A DNA stretch of 64,000 bases from Gemmatales bacterium. Its GTDB lineage: Bacteria; Planctomycetota; Planctomycetia; Gemmatales; HRBIN36. The number at the start of each line of letters is the position of its first letter. Within the stretch, counting starts at the first letter, position 1. Of this stretch, positions 60,649-64,000 are shown piece after piece. The notes under the pieces were generated by a model. The model worked only from the letters and a program-made list of their open reading frames with translations, was not told the origin of the DNA and made no database searches. Location of the stretch: the NCBI GenBank assembly GCA_041640595.1, contig JBEPZY010000001.1, positions 256,001 through 320,000 on the forward strand, written 5' to 3'. The position numbers and the translations under genes were made by a program.

Positions 60649-61903
60649 AGTATTACAAGGCACCGCCACCGTCCTCCCCTGGCCCGACAACTATTTCGAT
60701 GCCGTGCTCACCGACCCGCCGTATTACGACAACGTGCCCTATAGCGACCTTTCGGACTTTTTCTACGTCTGGCTCAAGCGCACCGTTGGCGACCTGTACC
60801 CAGAGCTGTTTGCCACCCCGCTTACGCCAAAGTCCGAGGAAATGGTGGCCGATGCCAGCAAAGCAGGTGGTATGGAAAACGCCATGCGTCGGTTCGAGGA
60901 GATGCTTACCCAGGCGTTCCGCGAAATCCACCGCGTGCTCAAGCCCGATGGCATCGCCGTCATCGTCTTCGCCCACAAGACCACTGAAGCCTGGGAAACC
61001 GTGATCAACGCCCTGTTAGAGGCTGGCCTCTACATGACCGCCTCCTGGCCCATTCACACCGAGATGCAGGCGCGGTTGCGCGCCCAGGAATCCGCGGCGC
61101 TGGCCTCCTCCATCTACATGGTCTGTCGCAAGCGCACCACGAGCGAAGTGGGCGAGTATCCCAAAGTGCGACGCGAAATTGAAGAGCGCGTGCGGCAGAA
61201 ACTCACGCAGTTCTGGGATGAGGGCATTCGCGGGGCGGACTTTTTCATGAGTGCCATCGGCCCGGCGGTGGAAGCGTTCGGCAAATACGTCCGCGTGGAG
61301 AAACTTTCCGGAGAACCGGTCACCGTGGCCGAACTGCTCGAATACGTCCGCAAGGTGGTCAGCGAGTTTGCCCTGGAGCGTATCCTGACGCCTGCAGCCC
61401 ATCCAACAGGAGCCGGGATGGGAATCGGCGGAGTGGATGCCCCGACCCGCTTTTATCTTCTGTATCGGTGGACTTACAATCACGCGCGCGTCCATTTCGA
61501 CGAGGCGCGCAAATTGGCGCAGGGAGCGGGTGTGGAACTGACCAGCCTGTGGGAGGCCGGCGGATTGGTGGAAAAGGACAAAGAGTATGTCCGTCTGCCC
61601 ATGCCGACGGAGCGTGCCCGCCATGCCCACTTTGTCAAAAGGACGCATTTCGCTACCATGATAGATGCTCTGCACTACGCCGCCTGGCTATGGGAGCGAA
61701 ACGACCAGACCAGGCTGCAGGAGCACCTGGCGGCCACTTACGGCGACAACGAGATCTTCTGGCAGGTGGCCCAGGCGATTGCGGAGGTGTTACCCCAGAA
61801 CGACAAGGAAAAACAATTGTTGCAGGGCCTGCTGTACGGGCGCAGAAGCCTTCAGTCAGCTCGTGATAAGCAGGCAGGTAGCTTATTTGGTGGAGCACCA
61901 TGA
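60623..61903 (+). CDS. DUF1156 methyltransferase (system 2), C-terminal catalytic half
   Basis: QGTATVLPWPDNYFDAVLTDPPYYDNVPYSDLSDFFYVWL, ASWPIHTE, GADFFMSAIGPA; GGAGG upstream of ATG 60623/60629. Confidence 0.9.
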   Translation: MKMNRSVPEVLQGTATVLPWPDNYFDAVLTDPPYYDNVPYSDLSDFFYVWLKRTVGDLYPELFATPLTPKSEEMVADASKAGGMENAMRRFEEMLTQAFREIHRVLKPDGIAVIVFAHKTTEAWETVINALLEAGLYMTASWPIHTEMQARLRAQESAALASSIYMVCRKRTTSEVGEYPKVRREIEERVRQKLTQFWDEGIRGADFFMSAIGPAVEAFGKYVRVEKLSGEPVTVAELLEYVRKVVSEFALERILTPAAHPTGAGMGIGGVDAPTRFYLLYRWTYNHARVHFDEARKLAQGAGVELTSLWEAGGLVEKDKEYVRLPMPTERARHAHFVKRTHFATMIDALHYAAWLWERNDQTRLQEHLAATYGDNEIFWQVAQAIAEVLPQNDKEKQLLQGLLYGRRSLQSARDKQAGSLFGGAP

Positions 61904-64000
61904 TGAAACCGTGGCATGAGGTGGCTACTCCGCATCCGGATATTCGGGCGGGCAGGTTTGATGAATCGGTTTTTGCGGCGGATCTTGCCGATGTCCTTGC
62001 CGACCGGGGTCCTCTGGAATACCGCGATGCCGACACCTTCTTTCGCAAGACCTATCCGACGCAAGGGCTGGTGAAGCTGCTTTCGGCCGTTGCCTCGCGG
62101 CTGTCCGGTCGGGGAAAAGGCCCGGCGGTCATCCAGATCCAGACCCCCTTTGGCGGCGGCAAGACCCACAGCCTGATTGCGCTTTACCACCTGTTCAAAA
62201 ATCCCCAACGGCCAGCGGCCGCCTCCGAACTCATCTCGAAAGTTCTCGAAGATGCCCAGCTGGATGAGCTTCCGGTGGCGCGGGTGGCGACCTTCACCGG
62301 CACTGCGGCCGACCCGCTCACGCAAAAAACGCCCTGGGGCGAAATCGCCGACCAGTTGGGCAAGTATGCCCGGCTGGCCGAGCACGATCAGAAGCGGCGT
62401 GCTCCGGGCAAAAACCTGCTGCATCAGCTCCTGGCCGGCTCACCGACGCTCTTGTTGATGGATGAGGTCGCAGAGTACGCCGCCAAGGCCAAAGACTTCC
62501 GCGAGCAGGTGAACGCCTTTTTCCAGGAACTGACCGAAACAGTCAAGGTCTTGCCGCAGTGTGCCCTCGTGGTGACGCTTCCTTCCAGCGCTCCTTACGG
62601 CGAAGAAGGCGAACGGGCACTCTACCAGCTGGGGCAGATCTTCGGTCGAATGGAGGCTATCTACGTACCGGTTGAAGGCGAGGAGATTTACGAGATCATC
62701 CGTCGCAGGCTTTTTGAAAATTCGCCCGACCCCGTTGAGGTCCGCAAGGTAGCGGATAGTTATTGGGAGATGTACAGACGGCTTGGGGATGATCTGCCGC
62801 ACGATGTGCGCGAAACTTCCTATCGCGACAAACTGCGCAAGGCTTACCCTTTTCATCCGGAGTTGATTGACCTGTTGTTAGAACGTTGGAGCACCTTCCC
62901 CAGCTTCCAGCGTACCCGTGGTGTGTTGCGTTTGCTGGCCGAAATCGTGGCAGACCTTTACCGCCGCGACCACAGTGCACCGCTCATCCAGCCGGCTCAC
63001 GTCAATCTCAACAATTCGGTCATCCGAAGCGAACTACTCAAACACATTGGCAACCAGTATGAAGGCGTCATTACCGCCGACATCGCCGGTGGCAACGCCA
63101 AAGCGCAGAGGATCGACCGCGAGATCGGTTCCGAATACGACCGCTTCAACGTAGCCAGCGGACTGGCCACCGCCATCTTTTTCGCTTCGTTCAGCGGAAG
63201 CGAGAAAAAAGGGGTGAGTGTGCAACGGCTACGCCTGGCGTTGTTACGCGAGAGTATCCCCCCGGCCGTGGTTGGCGATGCGCTTAGACGACTGGAAGAA
63301 GAACTCTGGTATCTGCATGTGGAAGGCGGATTTTACTCCTTCTCCAGTCAGCCCAACCTCAACCGCATTCTGGTAGAGAAGGAAGAGGCGGTCGGGGATG
63401 AGCTTATCACCGAAGAAATTCGTACCCGCCTGGAAAAGCTCGCCGGCAGCGATTTGCGTGTGACGCTCTGGCCCAAAGCCTCACAGGATGTGCCCGATAC
63501 AAAAGAACTGAAACTGGCCATCCTGTCACCGGAGCACTCAAAACAAAGTTGCACGACCCAGGATTTTGTGGATGAGCTTTTGAAAAAAACTGGCAGCACT
63601 TTCCGCACCTATCAGAACACGCTCCTGGTTCTCGCTGCTGACAACGACGAGTTTTCCTCTCTACGTCAGAAGGTCAAACGCTGGCTGGCTCTCCGCGCTA
63701 TTCGCGACGACAAAAAGCTCAACCGCCAGCTCTCGGAAGATAACAGGAAAACACTGGACAGCAAATGGAGAGATTTAGATAGCGCAATACCTTTCAGTCT
63801 GCTTTCGGCGTATCGGCATCTGGCAAAACCTGGTGAAAACGGTGCGGAGTGGTGCGATCTGGGCTTACCTACCACTGGCGCGAAAGAGTCGCTGGCCAGC
63901 CGGGTACGCGAGTTCCTCAGAAGCCAGGATTACTTGCTGGAACACCTCTCGCCTGCCCATCTCCTCAAAAAGGCAGTCCGTCCGGAAGAACACGAAAAGC
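61900..64000 (+). CDS. DUF499 AAA+ ATPase (system 2), 3' end beyond the window
   Basis: Hand translation MMKPWHEVATPHPDI..FAADL..IQTPFGGGKTHSL..AYPFHPEL..FQRTRGVLRLL; ATGA overlap with the methyltransferase stop. Confidence 0.92.
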   Translation, partial: MMKPWHEVATPHPDIRAGRFDESVFAADLADVLADRGPLEYRDADTFFRKTYPTQGLVKLLSAVASRLSGRGKGPAVIQIQTPFGGGKTHSLIALYHLFKNPQRPAAASELISKVLEDAQLDELPVARVATFTGTAADPLTQKTPWGEIADQLGKYARLAEHDQKRRAPGKNLLHQLLAGSPTLLLMDEVAEYAAKAKDFREQVNAFFQELTETVKVLPQCALVVTLPSSAPYGEEGERALYQLGQIFGRMEAIYVPVEGEEIYEIIRRRLFENSPDPVEVRKVADSYWEMYRRLGDDLPHDVRETSYRDKLRKAYPFHPELIDLLLERWSTFPSFQRTRGVLRLLAEIVADLYRRDHSAPLIQPAHVNLNNSVIRSELLKHIGNQYEGVITADIAGGNAKAQRIDREIGSEYDRFNVASGLATAIFFASFSGSEKKGVSVQRLRLALLRESIPPAVVGDALRRLEEELWYLHVEGGFYSFSSQPNLNRILVEKEEAVGDELITEEIRTRLEKLAGSDLRVTLWPKASQDVPDTKELKLAILSPEHSKQSCTTQDFVDELLKKTGSTFRTYQNTLLVLAADNDEFSSLRQKVKRWLALRAIRDDKKLNRQLSEDNRKTLDSKWRDLDSAIPFSLLSAYRHLAKPGENGAEWCDLGLPTTGAKESLASRVREFLRSQDYLLEHLSPAHLLKKAVRPEEHEK

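Noticed and set aside
41275..64000. Canonical BREX or DISARM system
   Set aside because: No PglZ, BrxL, DUF1998 or PLD genes recognised; content fits the DUF499/DUF1156/SNF2 class.

Overview
GC-rich bacterial DNA, most likely a planctomycete (DUF1559 prepilin-like gene, groEL-groES-groEL-dnaJ-grpE order, Hanks kinase); the taxonomy is inferred. Bases 1-40000 are mostly housekeeping: sugar and phosphate ABC transporters, an EF-P homologue, a Ser/Thr kinase, a WXG100/FtsK (type VII secretion-like) cluster, speA, a ComD/E-like pair, a sensor kinase, mutM, a phosphomutase, chaperones, an acyl-CoA ligase and Hsp70/DUF2760. Bases ~41000-64000 are a defence island with two tandem, divergent copies of a restriction-like operon (SNF2 helicase-DUF3883 nuclease, DUF1156 adenine methyltransferase, DUF499 ATPase). 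Both methyltransferase genes carry cargo. Copy 1 stays an open 1174-codon frame but contains a complete four-helix-bundle gene (23S-IVP/Avd-like) nested in the +1 frame and bracketed by complementary 7-bp repeats, plus three further frame-preserving heptamer insertions. Copy 2 is split between its SAM-binding and DPPY halves by two MNT-HEPN toxin-antitoxin pairs. Between the operons lie a 75-bp tandem array inside 20-bp inverted repeats, a tRNA 3' fragment, and a degenerate CRISPR-like array (4 x 29 bp repeats, 3 x 37 bp unique spacers) with no cas gene in the window. All family calls come from motif recognition, not database searches.
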